In this document: positions 37,765-49,573 of the stretch, piece after piece
Layout: every line of letters begins with the position of its first letter
Numbering within the stretch: the first letter of the stretch is position 1
NCBI GenBank assembly: GCA_035695105.1
Contig: DASSEV010000043.1
Location: 3,304 to 67,303, forward strand
DNA from: Gaiellales bacterium
GTDB taxonomy: Bacteria; Actinomycetota; Thermoleophilia; Gaiellales; JAICJC01
Direction: 5' to 3'
Length of the DNA: 64,000 bases
The notes under the pieces: model-generated
Database searches by the model: none
Told to the model about the DNA's origin: nothing
The model's input: only the letters and a program-made list of their open reading frames with translations
Translations under genes and position numbers: made by a program

Positions 37765-37796
37765 CCGGTGGGGGCGGTACGCGCCGCCCCCACCGG
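37765..37796 (+). terminator. Perfect 13-bp GC hairpin 13 nt after the permease stop
   Basis: CCGGTGGGGGCGG (37765-37777), 6-nt loop, CCGCCCCCACCGG (37784-37796). Confidence 0.55.
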
Positions 37797-37807
37797 ATAC
37801 TTCAGGG

Positions 37808-38194
37808 ATGACGACGCAGCAGCAGGATGACCTGCGCAAGCTCGTTCGGCGCGACCTGGCGGTCGTGCTGGTCGGCGTGCCGGTCGCGGTGTGGCTCGGG
37901 GCGATCTGGGCCGCCGGCCGGCTCGGCTACATCTCGTCCAAGACCTCGGCCACCGTCAGCGTGCTGATCGGCACGGTGCTCTGCGTCGCCTGCATCGGAT
38001 GGTGGGCTGCGGGGCCGAAGCAGTGGCGGCGGGACCGCTACATGGTGCTCGTGCCGGTCTGTCTGGGAGCGCCCTGGGCGCTGCTTGGCCTCTACGACCT
38101 CGGCGCCTCGGTCGTTGCAGTGATCCTGTCGTCGGCGTTCGGATTCCTGGGTGCGGTCGCCCTCGGGCTCGCGGTGGCATCGCGCCGCCGCTGA
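37808..38194 (+). CDS. Hypothetical membrane protein (about 4 TM helices)
   Basis: 128 aa from ATG 37808 ([13 protein letters not shown]). The earlier in-frame starts at 37607 and 37760 lie in the permease gene or in the terminator hairpin. Confidence 0.5.
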   Translation: MTTQQQDDLRKLVRRDLAVVLVGVPVAVWLGAIWAAGRLGYISSKTSATVSVLIGTVLCVACIGWWAAGPKQWRRDRYMVLVPVCLGAPWALLGLYDLGASVVAVILSSAFGFLGAVALGLAVASRRR

Positions 38195-38216
38195 CCAGCG
38201 CCTATCCTGCCACGCG

Positions 38217-39892
<1,676 letters not shown>

Positions 39893-39896
<4 letters not shown>

Positions 39897-40393
39897 ACAA
39901 CCCGGTGGAGCAGGCCGGTGTCGACGTCATACATCCAGCCCGAGACGGCGATCTCTGGATCGAGGTGCGGCGATGCGCGGATCCGCTCCACGTCCTCGGC
40001 CACGCTCTCGCGAGAGTCGCGGAACGGCAGGAAGTCGATGTGTGACGCGTCGGCTCCGCTCTCGGAAGCGACGCGGTCGCGCAGCTGCTCGTTCGTCAGG
40101 CCGGCCATCCCGCAGTTGGTGTGGTGGATGACGGCGATCTCCCGCGTGCCCAGGAGCCGGGACGAGACGATCAGCGAGCGGATCGCATCGTCCGACGCCC
40201 GCCCGCCGGCGTTGCGGAGGATGTGCGCGTCGCCGATGTCGAGATCCAGCGCGTCCTCGACGTTGAACCGCGCGTCCATGCAGGTGAGGATCACGAGCTG
40301 CCGGGCCGGCGGCGCCGGCCGCCCCCCAGCGTCGAATCCGGCCGCGTAGCGGCGGTTCGCCTCGAGCATCGATTCCATCCCCAGGTCGCTCAC
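39893..40393 (-). CDS. Beta-class carbonic anhydrase
   Basis: Zn-ligand motifs CMDAR and HHTNCG. 166 aa. Its stop overlaps the ettA stop in the palindrome CTAG. Confidence 0.8.
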
Positions 40394-40414
40394 CGCGACG
40401 CACGGTACCCGCCG

Positions 40415-41821
40415 TCAGGATGCGATGCGGCGGATCGCATGGACGCGGTTCATCGCGTCGAGCGCCGCCACCTTGTACGACTCGGCCAGCGTCGGGTAGT
40501 TGAAGACCGCGTCGACGAGGTGGTCGATGGTGCCGCCCGTCGCCATCAGCATCTGGCCGATGTGGACGAGCTCGGTTGCCCCGGTTCCGAACACGTGGAC
40601 GCCCAGCAGGCTGTCGTCCTCGGACGAGACGAGCAGCTTCAGCATGCCGTGCGAGTCGCCCAGGATCTGCCCGCGGGCGAGCTCGCGGTACCGTGAGATG
40701 CCGACCTCGTAGGGGATCGAGGCCGAGGTGAGCTGCTCCTCCGTGCGGCCGACGTAGCTGATCTCGGGGATCGTGTAGATGCCGATCGGCATCGGGCCGT
40801 CCAGCGACTGCACCGTGAGGCCGAAGGCGTCGGCCGCGGCCAGCCGCCCCTGCTCCATGGAGCTCGCGGCCAGGCTGGGGAAGCCGATCACGTCGCCGGC
40901 GGCGTAGATGTGGCGCACCCGGGTGCGGTAGCGGGCGTTCACCTCGATCCGCCCGCGGGCGTCGGCGCTGATCCCGGCCCGCTCCAGGTCGAGCGTGTCC
41001 GTCGCGCCCTGGCGGCCGGCCGAGTAGAGCACGGCGTCGGCCGGGATCCGCTTGCCGCTGGCCAGGTGCGTGATGGCACCGGCCGGGTGCTTCTCGACGC
41101 GGGTCACCGTCTCGGTGAAGCGAAAGACGACGCCGAGGTCGCGCAGGTGGTACTGCAGTGCCTCGACCACCTGCGAGTCGACGAACTCGAGCAGCGAGCC
41201 GCGGCGCTCGACCACCGTGACGCGCGTGCCGAGCGCGGCGAACATCGAGGCGTACTCGATCCCGATCACGCCGGCGCCCACGACGACCAGCGACGCCGGG
41301 ATCCAGTCCAGGTTGAGGATGTCGTCCGAGTCGAGGATGGTGGTGCCGTCGAACTCCACGCTCGACGGCCGCGCCGGCCGGGTGCCGACCGCGATCATGA
41401 TCTTGGATGCGGTGACCGTGCGCTCCTCACCGTTCTCGCCGCGGACAACCACCGCGTTCGGCCCGGCGAACCGGGCGTCGCCGTTGATCAGCGTGACGCG
41501 GTTGCGTCCGAGCTGGTTGCGGATCACGTCGACCTCGCGGTTGATGACGTGCTCCATGCGCCAGAACAGGTCCGCGCTGGTGATGTCCTGCTTGACCCGG
41601 TAGCTCTGTCCGTAGATTCCGCGCTGGCTCATGCCGGTCAGGTAGAGGACGGCCTCGCGGAGCGTCTTCGACGGGATGGTGCCCGTGTGGATGCTGACCC
41701 CTCCGATCATGTGGCCGCGGTCGACCACGGCCACGCGGCGGCCCAGCTTGGACGCCTGGATGGCCGCCTTCTGGCCGGCGGGGCCGGAGCCGATGACGAG
41801 AAAGTCGAAATCGCGCTGCAC
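40415..41821 (-). CDS. sthA: Soluble pyridine nucleotide transhydrogenase (flavoprotein disulfide reductase fold lacking the redox disulfide)
   Basis: [13 protein letters not shown] fold. [24 protein letters not shown], where Lpd has Cxxxx[14 protein letters not shown] fold. GTG start. Confidence 0.8.
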   Translation of the reverse strand: MQRDFDFLVIGSGPAGQKAAIQASKLGRRVAVVDRGHMIGGVSIHTGTIPSKTLREAVLYLTGMSQRGIYGQSYRVKQDITSADLFWRMEHVINREVDVIRNQLGRNRVTLINGDARFAGPNAVVVRGENGEERTVTASKIMIAVGTRPARPSSVEFDGTTILDSDDILNLDWIPASLVVVGAGVIGIEYASMFAALGTRVTVVERRGSLLEFVDSQVVEALQYHLRDLGVVFRFTETVTRVEKHPAGAITHLASGKRIPADAVLYSAGRQGATDTLDLERAGISADARGRIEVNARYRTRVRHIYAAGDVIGFPSLAASSMEQGRLAAADAFGLTVQSLDGPMPIGIYTIPEISYVGRTEEQLTSASIPYEVGISRYRELARGQILGDSHGMLKLLVSSEDDSLLGVHVFGTGATELVHIGQMLMATGGTIDHLVDAVFNYPTLAESYKVAALDAMNRVHAIRRIAS

Positions 41822-41858
41822 GGCCGCGTAATCGGCCGCGCCGCTTTCCGGTTCAGCC

Positions 41859-42057
41859 AGATGATTGATTCCACGACCGCGCGCGTCTGACCGCCTGACT
41901 GTGGGTGGTTGCCGAGCGTGTGGGGGCTGCGGCCGGTAGGCGTCGCATCGCTGCGTCCTCGGTCGGGCCGATATTCCCGATATCGGCCCGACCTCGATCC
42001 TTGCGCTGCTTGCCTACCGACCGCTCAGACCGCACGCCGCCATGGAATCAATCATCT
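41859..42057. repeat. 199-bp nested inverted-repeat structure in the sthA / MATE divergent intergenic region
   Basis: Outer AT-rich 15-bp inverted repeat (IR): AGATGATTGATTCCA at 41859-41873 and its complement at 42043-42057. Middle 8-bp IR: 41934-41941 and 42012-42019. Inner perfect 14-bp IR: GGTCGGGCCGATAT at 41961-41974 and 41980-41993, with a 5-nt spacer. Confidence 0.85.
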
Positions 42058-42069
42058 AGGCTCGGGTCG

Positions 42070-43410
42070 ATGGGGGCCTCTCCTTCGGCCATGCCGCGCG
42101 ACCGCGAGATCCTCGCGCTCGCCATCCCGGCGCTGGGCGCGCTGATCGCCGAGCCGCTCTACGTCCTCGGCGACACGGCCATCGTCGGCCATCTCGGCAC
42201 GGTGCCGCTGGCCGGACTGGCGGTCGCGGGCCTGCTGCTCTCCGAGATCCTCGGGTTCACCACCTTCCTGGAGTACGGCACGACCTCGCGGGCGGCGCGG
42301 CTGTACGGCGCCGGACGTCAGTCCGATGCGCTCGACGTGGGCGTGCAGGCGACCTGGCTCGCGGTCGGGCTCGGCATCGCCGTGACGATCGCTGTCGAGG
42401 TGGCCGCGGCCCCAGCGGTGCACCTGATCGCCGGCGGCTCGACGGCGGCCGCGCAGCAGGGCCTCGACTGGATCCGGATCGCAGCGCTCGGCTCGCCGTT
42501 CGTGCTGATCACGGCCGCCGCGCAGGGCTGGCTGCGCGGGTTCCAGGACACGCGCACGCCGCTCTACGTGCTGGCCGCGTCGAACGTCGCCAGCATCGTG
42601 CTCTGCTTCATCCTCATCCGCGAGCTCGGGTTCGGCATCGAGGGGTCTGCGATCGCGAACGTCGTCGCGCAGGTCGGCTCGGGCGCCGTCTTCCTGGTGC
42701 TCCTCATCCGGCGTACCCATGCGTTGTCTCCCTCGTGGACGCGGATCCGGGCGCAGCTGACGGCCGCGCGCGACCTGTCCGTGCGGACGCTCGCGTTCTT
42801 CGCCGCCTTCACCACCGCGGCTGCGGTCGCCGCCCGCATGGGCGATGCCCAGCTGGCCGCCCACCAGATCGGCACCCAGATCTGGGTGTTCTGCGCGCTG
42901 TTCCTCGACTCGACGGCGATCGCCGCCCAGGCGCTGATCGGCCGCCTGCTCGGCGCGGACGCCGTCGATGTCGCATCCGCGCTGGCCCGGCGGATCCTCG
43001 CCGCGGGGCTGCTGCTCGGGGTCGGTTTCGCGGCGGTGCTGGGGCTCGGCCACCAGCTGATCCCGGCGATCTTCACGAGCGACCCGGCCGTGCGCGACCA
43101 GGCCGCCCAGCTGTGGCCGATGCTGGTGTTGATGATGCCGGTGAACGGGGTGCTGTTCGCGCTGGACGGCGTGCTGCTCGGGGCCGGCGACCTGCGGTTC
43201 ATGCGAAACGTGACGGTGCTGGCAGCGCTGGCAGGCTACCTGCCGCTGTCGCTGGCGACGGCGCACTTCGGCTGGGGCCTGCGAGGGCTGTGGCTCGGCC
43301 TGTCGGCGTTCATCGGCCTGCGCTTCGGGGTGGGGATGATGCGATGGGCGAGCCGGCGCTGGCTCGTGGGCGGCGTTGCCATTGCCGATGAGGCAATAGA
43401 GCCGCTCTAG
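42070..43410 (+). CDS. MATE family efflux transporter (DinF-like)
   Basis: 446 aa from ATG 42070. REILALAIPALGALIAEPLYVLGDTAIVGHLG N-terminal motif. 12 TM pattern. Confidence 0.85.
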   Translation: MGASPSAMPRDREILALAIPALGALIAEPLYVLGDTAIVGHLGTVPLAGLAVAGLLLSEILGFTTFLEYGTTSRAARLYGAGRQSDALDVGVQATWLAVGLGIAVTIAVEVAAAPAVHLIAGGSTAAAQQGLDWIRIAALGSPFVLITAAAQGWLRGFQDTRTPLYVLAASNVASIVLCFILIRELGFGIEGSAIANVVAQVGSGAVFLVLLIRRTHALSPSWTRIRAQLTAARDLSVRTLAFFAAFTTAAAVAARMGDAQLAAHQIGTQIWVFCALFLDSTAIAAQALIGRLLGADAVDVASALARRILAAGLLLGVGFAAVLGLGHQLIPAIFTSDPAVRDQAAQLWPMLVLMMPVNGVLFALDGVLLGAGDLRFMRNVTVLAALAGYLPLSLATAHFGWGLRGLWLGLSAFIGLRFGVGMMRWASRRWLVGGVAIADEAIEPL

Positions 43411-43534
43411 AAGGGGCCAGCCTGCTGATAGGAGGTTCCGAAGACCGAGTCTGTGCGCGGAGCAAGGGAGGCACAGTGCTGGGCACCGGCCGACCGCAGC
43501 GGCAAAGCCAGACGACGGTTTGCAGGAACCGACC

Positions 43535-45052
43535 CTAGCTGTTGCGCGCGCGAACCAGATCGGCCGACTTCTCGCCGATCATGAACGTCGCGACCATCGG
43601 GTTCACGGTCGGCATCGTCGGGAAGATCGACCCGTCCGCGATCGACAGCCCCTCGATCCCCCGCACCCGCAGCTCCGGGTCGACGACGGCCAGCTCGTCC
43701 GATGCCGCGCCCATCCGGCACGTGCCGCTCGGGTGGTAGACCGTGTGGTGCACCGCCCGGCCGTACGTCGAGAGGTCGGCGTCGCTGGTGATGTCCGGCC
43801 CCGGCGCCACCTCGCGCTTGATCCAGCTCTTGAACGGCTCGGTCGCGGCCACCTCGCGGGCGATCTTCAGCCCGTCGACGATCGTCTGCTCGTCGTAGCC
43901 CTCCTCGTCCGTGAAGTAGCGGAAGTCGAGGGCGGGCTTGACGTCGTGCTTGTGGCTGAGCAGCCACATGCGTCCCACCGACCGCGAGCGCGGGATGTTC
44001 GGCGTCATGCAGATGACGTCGTCGGGCACCGGGTAGCCGAGCCGCTCCGTGTTGTACGTGAACGGCAGCTGATAGGTGTGGTACATCAGATCCGGCCGGT
44101 CGTCGTTGCCCAGCCGGTTGACGAAGAGCGCACAATCGGCCTCCATCACGCCCTGTGGCGGCAGCGGGCGGTTCAGCTCCCAGATGATGATCGACTCCGG
44201 GTGGTCGATCAGGTTCTCACCGACGCCCGGCAGGCCGTGCTGCACCTCGATCCCGAGCGCACGCAGGTCGTCCGCCGGCCCAATCCCGGAGAGCAGCAGC
44301 AGCCGGGGCGTGTCTATCGATCCGCCGCAGACGATGATCTCGCGCTCGGCGCGCACGTCGCCGTTGTCCGTCGTGACGGAGACCGCGCGGCCGTTCTCAA
44401 GGTTGACGCGCCGCACCCAGGTCTCGGTGCGGATGTCGAGGTTCTTCCGGGTGTCCATGATCGGGTGCAGGTACGCGACGCTCGACGACGAGCGGACGCC
44501 GGTCTGCGGGTCGTAGCCGACGTCAAGGAAGCCAACGCCGTCGCGGAAGGGCGCCGCGTTCCAGTCCGGGTTGGCCTGCACGCCGGCCGCCTCGGCGGCC
44601 GAGGGGATCCAGTCCTTGAGCAGTGGGTTGCGGTCCTTCTCCGCCACGATCTGGTGCTTCGTCTGCAGCCGGTCGTAGTACTGGTTCATCGACTCCGGCT
44701 CCCAGCCCGCCGCGCCGCGGTCGACCCAGTCCTGCCAGTCGCCCGGGAACGGCTTGAAGAAGATCTGGGTGTTGTGCGATGAGCAGCCACCGAGCACGGC
44801 GGCGCGCGAGTGCAGGATGTGGGCGTTTCCGCGCGGCTGCAGCGTGGTCGTGTATCCGAGGTCGAGCGGCCCCTCGAGCAGTGACAGCCACTGACGCAGC
44901 TGCAGCACGTCCTCCCGGCCCACGTCGCTCGGGCCCGCCTCGAACAGGCAGACGCGCACGTCCGGGTCCTCCGAGAGGCGCGCCGCGACGATCGCGCCGG
45001 CCGTGCCGCCGCCAATCACCAGGAAATCGAAGGATTCGGCGCCGGCGTTCAC
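43535..45052 (-). CDS. GMC family FAD-dependent oxidoreductase (choline oxidase / dehydrogenase-like)
   Basis: FDFLVIGGGTAGAIVAARLSEDP N-terminal ADP-binding fold. C-terminal active-site region VYHPSGTCRMG. GTG start. Confidence 0.85.
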   Translation of the reverse strand: MNAGAESFDFLVIGGGTAGAIVAARLSEDPDVRVCLFEAGPSDVGREDVLQLRQWLSLLEGPLDLGYTTTLQPRGNAHILHSRAAVLGGCSSHNTQIFFKPFPGDWQDWVDRGAAGWEPESMNQYYDRLQTKHQIVAEKDRNPLLKDWIPSAAEAAGVQANPDWNAAPFRDGVGFLDVGYDPQTGVRSSSSVAYLHPIMDTRKNLDIRTETWVRRVNLENGRAVSVTTDNGDVRAEREIIVCGGSIDTPRLLLLSGIGPADDLRALGIEVQHGLPGVGENLIDHPESIIIWELNRPLPPQGVMEADCALFVNRLGNDDRPDLMYHTYQLPFTYNTERLGYPVPDDVICMTPNIPRSRSVGRMWLLSHKHDVKPALDFRYFTDEEGYDEQTIVDGLKIAREVAATEPFKSWIKREVAPGPDITSDADLSTYGRAVHHTVYHPSGTCRMGAASDELAVVDPELRVRGIEGLSIADGSIFPTMPTVNPMVATFMIGEKSADLVRARNS

Positions 45053-45207
45053 GGCCTGCGATCATACAGATGTCGACCACCCTTTCGGGGTACGACGACG
45101 ACCGTGTTCTGTGCGACCCTATAACGGCAGTAGGGAGAAGGGGTCTTATAAAGGTGTCACCGGAGCCGTCACAGGAACGCTCGACCGTCCTCACGCGGTC
45201 CCGCGGG

Positions 45208-45978
45208 ATGGGTGCGTCCGCCCTCCTGGGCATCGCGGTCCTGCTCAGCTACGGCGCCATCGCGGCCGTCGCCCTGAACGCCGTGAGCGTCAGCAGCGTG
45301 CTCCGGTTCCCGGGCAAGGCCGTGGACGCGGTGATCCACGTCGATGCCGCGCCGGTCACCTCGCAGCAGTACCCGGGAGCGGGCGGTGGCGGCGGCGGGG
45401 CGCCGGCCCCTGCCGGGACGCAGGCCCCCCCGTCGGGCGCGACCGGCTCCGGCGGTGGGCAGGGCGCCCTGGGTGGGTCGCAGCCGCCGCCCACGTCACC
45501 GATCGGCACGGGCAGCGGTCAGAGCAGCGGTTCGGCAGGCTCGCCGCAGCCGGGCGGCGGGGGCCACGGCGGTGGCGGATCTGACAACGGACACGGCGGT
45601 AACGGCGGCAACGGCGGAGGCGGTTCCGGCAACGGCTCGGGCTCCGGCGAAGGAAACGGTGGCGGTTCCGGCAACGGCGGGCAGGGCTCCGGTGGAAGCG
45701 GCGATCACGGCGGCCACGGCAACCGCTGCACCGCCCACTCGCGAGGCCACGACCATCGCTGCACCGCCCATGCCCGCAAGACGGTCACGCACGAGCGGCC
45801 CGGGAACCACAGCCGCGGCCATGGGCACCATGCGGGGCACTCGCATCCGGCCAAGCATACGAGCCGGCCGGCGCGCCACTCCCACGCCAGCCACGCACGC
45901 CACGGCCACGGCTCGTCCGGGCACGGCAGCTCAGGCCACGCGCACGGCGGCGACCACAAGCCGCAGCACGACGGCTAG
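45208..45978 (+). CDS. Membrane-anchored or exported Gly-rich / His-rich protein
   Basis: N-terminal hydrophobic segment GASALLGIAVLLSYGAIAAVAL. Long G/S/N/P low-complexity region. Two RCTAH motifs. His-rich tail (GHGHHAGHSHPAKH...HGHGSSGHGSSGHAHGGDHKPQHDG). The third codon position is predominantly G or C. Alternative GTG start at 45154 with an AGGGAGAAGGGG RBS. Confidence 0.55.
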   Translation: MGASALLGIAVLLSYGAIAAVALNAVSVSSVLRFPGKAVDAVIHVDAAPVTSQQYPGAGGGGGGAPAPAGTQAPPSGATGSGGGQGALGGSQPPPTSPIGTGSGQSSGSAGSPQPGGGGHGGGGSDNGHGGNGGNGGGGSGNGSGSGEGNGGGSGNGGQGSGGSGDHGGHGNRCTAHSRGHDHRCTAHARKTVTHERPGNHSRGHGHHAGHSHPAKHTSRPARHSHASHARHGHGSSGHGSSGHAHGGDHKPQHDG

Positions 45979-46199
45979 ATCGCCTCGACTCGCTCCACGT
46001 ACCAGACCACCCAGGCGCCCTCGGTCTTCTCGGCCTGGACGACCCGCGCCCCCGGAGGGAACGGCACCTCGCAGAACTCGCGTGAGAGGCCGCGGACGCC
46101 GGCCAGCTCCTCGCGGTTCACCATCATGAACGGGATCACGATGCGCGAGAGCACCGCGACATCCATCCCCTCGAACTTGTCCCGGATATCGTCGATCAT
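45975..46199 (-). CDS. Hypothetical small protein
   Basis: 74 aa from ATG 46199 (MIDDIRDKFEGMDVAVLSRIV...). No recognisable motif. Its stop overlaps that of the convergent His-rich gene in CTAG. Confidence 0.4.
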   Translation of the reverse strand: MIDDIRDKFEGMDVAVLSRIVIPFMMVNREELAGVRGLSREFCEVPFPPGARVVQAEKTEGAWVVWYVERVEAI

Positions 46200-46275
46200 G
46201 GCGGATCGTTCGCCGCGCGCAGGCCGTTTCCTCGCGTCCGCGTGCCGACGGGCGAACGCGGGTATCCTGGGCGGC

Positions 46276-46659
46276 ATGGACCGGTGGCATATCCCCTCCG
46301 TCGACGCGTCCGGCCGGCGCGAGCCGCGGGTGCTGTTCTCGACGCCCGAGTGCCGGGCCGTCGTGATCGACCTGAGCGACGGCGATCAGCTGGGCGAGCA
46401 CAGCGTGCACGAGCGGGCGATCATCCAGGTCGTCTCCGGTGAGGTGACCGTGGCAGCGGCGGGAAGCGAGAGCTCCTGCTCCGAGGGGACGCTGGTCGTC
46501 TTCGAGCCCGGCGAGCGCCACGCCGTGCGGGCGACGGGCGGCCCGGCGCGCCTGCTGCTGACCCTGGCCCCATGGCCGGGCGAGGGCCACTATCCGGACG
46601 GCGCCCATGCGGACGCGTCCTCACGTCCGTCACGCGCCAGCGCCGAGCCGATCGGCTGA
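46276..46659 (+). CDS. Cupin-domain protein
   Basis: 127 aa from ATG 46276. GEHSVHERAIIQVVSGEVTV and FEPGERHAVRA resemble the two cupin motifs. Confidence 0.65.
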   Translation: MDRWHIPSVDASGRREPRVLFSTPECRAVVIDLSDGDQLGEHSVHERAIIQVVSGEVTVAAAGSESSCSEGTLVVFEPGERHAVRATGGPARLLLTLAPWPGEGHYPDGAHADASSRPSRASAEPIG

Positions 46660-46739
46660 CTCCAATCCGTCGCACATCCGCCGCGTCACGAATCCGGGGT
46701 GCGGCAGACTGAAGGGGTGACAGCGACGAAGGAGTGTTC

Positions 46740-47135
46740 GTGAGCACCGATATCACCAGGACCGAGCAGGAGTGGCGCCAGCTGCTCAGCCCGGCGCAGT
46801 ACCACGTCATGCGCGAGAAGGGCACCGAGCGGCCGTTCACCGGCGACTACGTCGACGCGAAGCAGGACGGCGTCTACCGGTGCGCCGGCTGCGGCGCGGA
46901 GCTGTTCGACGCCGACGCCAAGTTCGACTCCGGCACCGGGTGGCCCAGCTTCTGCGAGCCGGCGAACCGCCGGAACGTGACGCTCTCGACCGACTCGAGC
47001 CACGGCATGATCCGCACCGAGGTCAGCTGCGCGAGCTGCGGCGGGCACCTCGGCCATGTCTTCGACGACGGCCCGAATCCGACCGGCAAGCGCTACTGCA
47101 TCAACTCGGTCGCGCTCGACCTGGATCCGCGCTGA
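46740..47135 (+). CDS. msrB: Peptide-methionine (R)-S-oxide reductase
   Basis: Zn-binding CAGCG and [12 protein letters not shown] motifs. Catalytic RYCINS, encoded with a TGC Cys codon. GTG 46740 lies 5 nt after the GAAGGAG RBS. The track start at 46734 abuts the RBS. Confidence 0.9.
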   Translation: MSTDITRTEQEWRQLLSPAQYHVMREKGTERPFTGDYVDAKQDGVYRCAGCGAELFDADAKFDSGTGWPSFCEPANRRNVTLSTDSSHGMIRTEVSCASCGGHLGHVFDDGPNPTGKRYCINSVALDLDPR

Positions 47136-47151
47136 CGGCGAGCTGAAGGAA

Positions 47152-47185
47152 CATGGGGGTCGGCGGCGAATCCCTGACCCCCATG
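47152..47185 (+). terminator. 10-bp hairpin 17 nt after the msrB stop. It is either a terminator or a structure occluding a small-ORF start.
   Basis: CATGGGGGTC (47152-47161) pairs with GACCCCCATG (47176-47185) across a 14-nt loop. No U-tract. Confidence 0.4.
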
Positions 47186-47292
47186 AGCAGCATCGCCACA
47201 CGCCTCCCATCGCTGACGCGCCAGGAGCGGCTGTGGCTGCGGTACCTCGTGGCCGATCTCGAGGGCGACACGGATCGCATGCGGCGGGCCGG

Positions 47293-48064
47293 TCACGTCC
47301 TCGACGCGCTTCGCTCGCGGCCCTGAGGGACAACCGAGAGGACGTCTCCCTCGGCCAGCGGCAGGCCCCGGTCGCCGTCCACCCGATCGGCGCCGAGCAT
47401 CAGCGCGGCCCCGGCTGGAAGCGGGCCCAGCCGGTCGAGCAAGGTGCCGACGTACGAGGCGAGCACGGGCTCGCCGTCGACATGTACCCGAGGCTCCTCG
47501 AGCAGCAGCTCTGCGAAGTCCCTCGGCGTGTTCGCGTTGCGGAGCGACTCGGGGTGGGGAAGGTCGGCGGCGGGCACGCGGCGCGTACCGGGCTGGGCAG
47601 CCAGTGCCGTCGCCCGGCGCTCGCCGGCGGCCAGTAGCTGCTCGGCCCGCGCCAGCATGGAAGGACGGTAGGCCGCGGCCAGCGGGTGCAGCCGTCCATC
47701 CGACTCCGGCACGGCCGCCTCGAACCCCGCGAGCGACTCGACGACCGCGAGCACGAACGCGGGGTGGAGCAGGGGCTGGTCGGTCGCGGCCACGAACACC
47801 CGGTCGCATCGCCCCTCGAGCGCTCGCAGCCCGGCTGCGATGCCCTCGAGCGGCCCGCGCTCCGGCTCCGCGTCGATCGCGACGGCCGCCCCGGGCACCT
47901 CGGGAAGCGGCTGGCCGTTGCCGGCGACGATCACCACCGGGTCGGCGACGCGCGCCAGCAGGCCCGCGACCCGGGCGACGAGGGGTGCCCCGTGCCAGTC
48001 GAGCAGCGCCTTCGACGTGCCCATCCGGCGCGATCCGCCGCCGGCGAGCACGACCGCGCCGGTC

Positions 48065-48084
<20 letters not shown>
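47293..48084 (-). CDS. mobA: Molybdenum cofactor guanylyltransferase (MobA) fused to a C-terminal ThiS/MoaD-like beta-grasp domain
   Basis: N terminus AVVLAGGGSRRMGTSKALL, then ATDQPLL (MobA). The last ~65 aa (VHVDGEPV...AGAALMLGADRVDGD...LAEGDVLSVVPQG) follow the ThiS pattern but do not end in GG. Overlaps the selB 3' end by 20 nt. Confidence 0.75.

Positions 48085-49569
<1,485 letters not shown>

Positions 49570-49573
<4 letters not shown>

Noticed and set aside
35932-37839. N-terminal 636 codons of the 908-aa ORF 35113-37839
   Set aside because: The ABC ATPase begins at ATG 35931 with a good RBS. The extension is antisense to the well-supported APC permease (36178-37752).
41859-42057. Calling the nested inverted repeat a mobile element (MITE)
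   Set aside because: Terminal inverted repeats are present, but I see no target-site duplication, no second copy in this window and no transposase. I reported it as a repeat of unknown nature instead.
46740-47135. MsrB as a selenoprotein client of the adjacent selAB genes
   Set aside because: The catalytic residue in RYCINS is encoded by TGC (Cys), and there is no in-frame TGA.
47136-47292. tRNA-Sec (selC) next to the sel operon. I also checked 43411-43534 and 50878-50894.
   Set aside because: None of these has a GGAAG...CTTCC acceptor pairing, a CTTCAAA-type anticodon loop or a T-loop GTTCGA motif. The spacers flanking selA and selB are too short.
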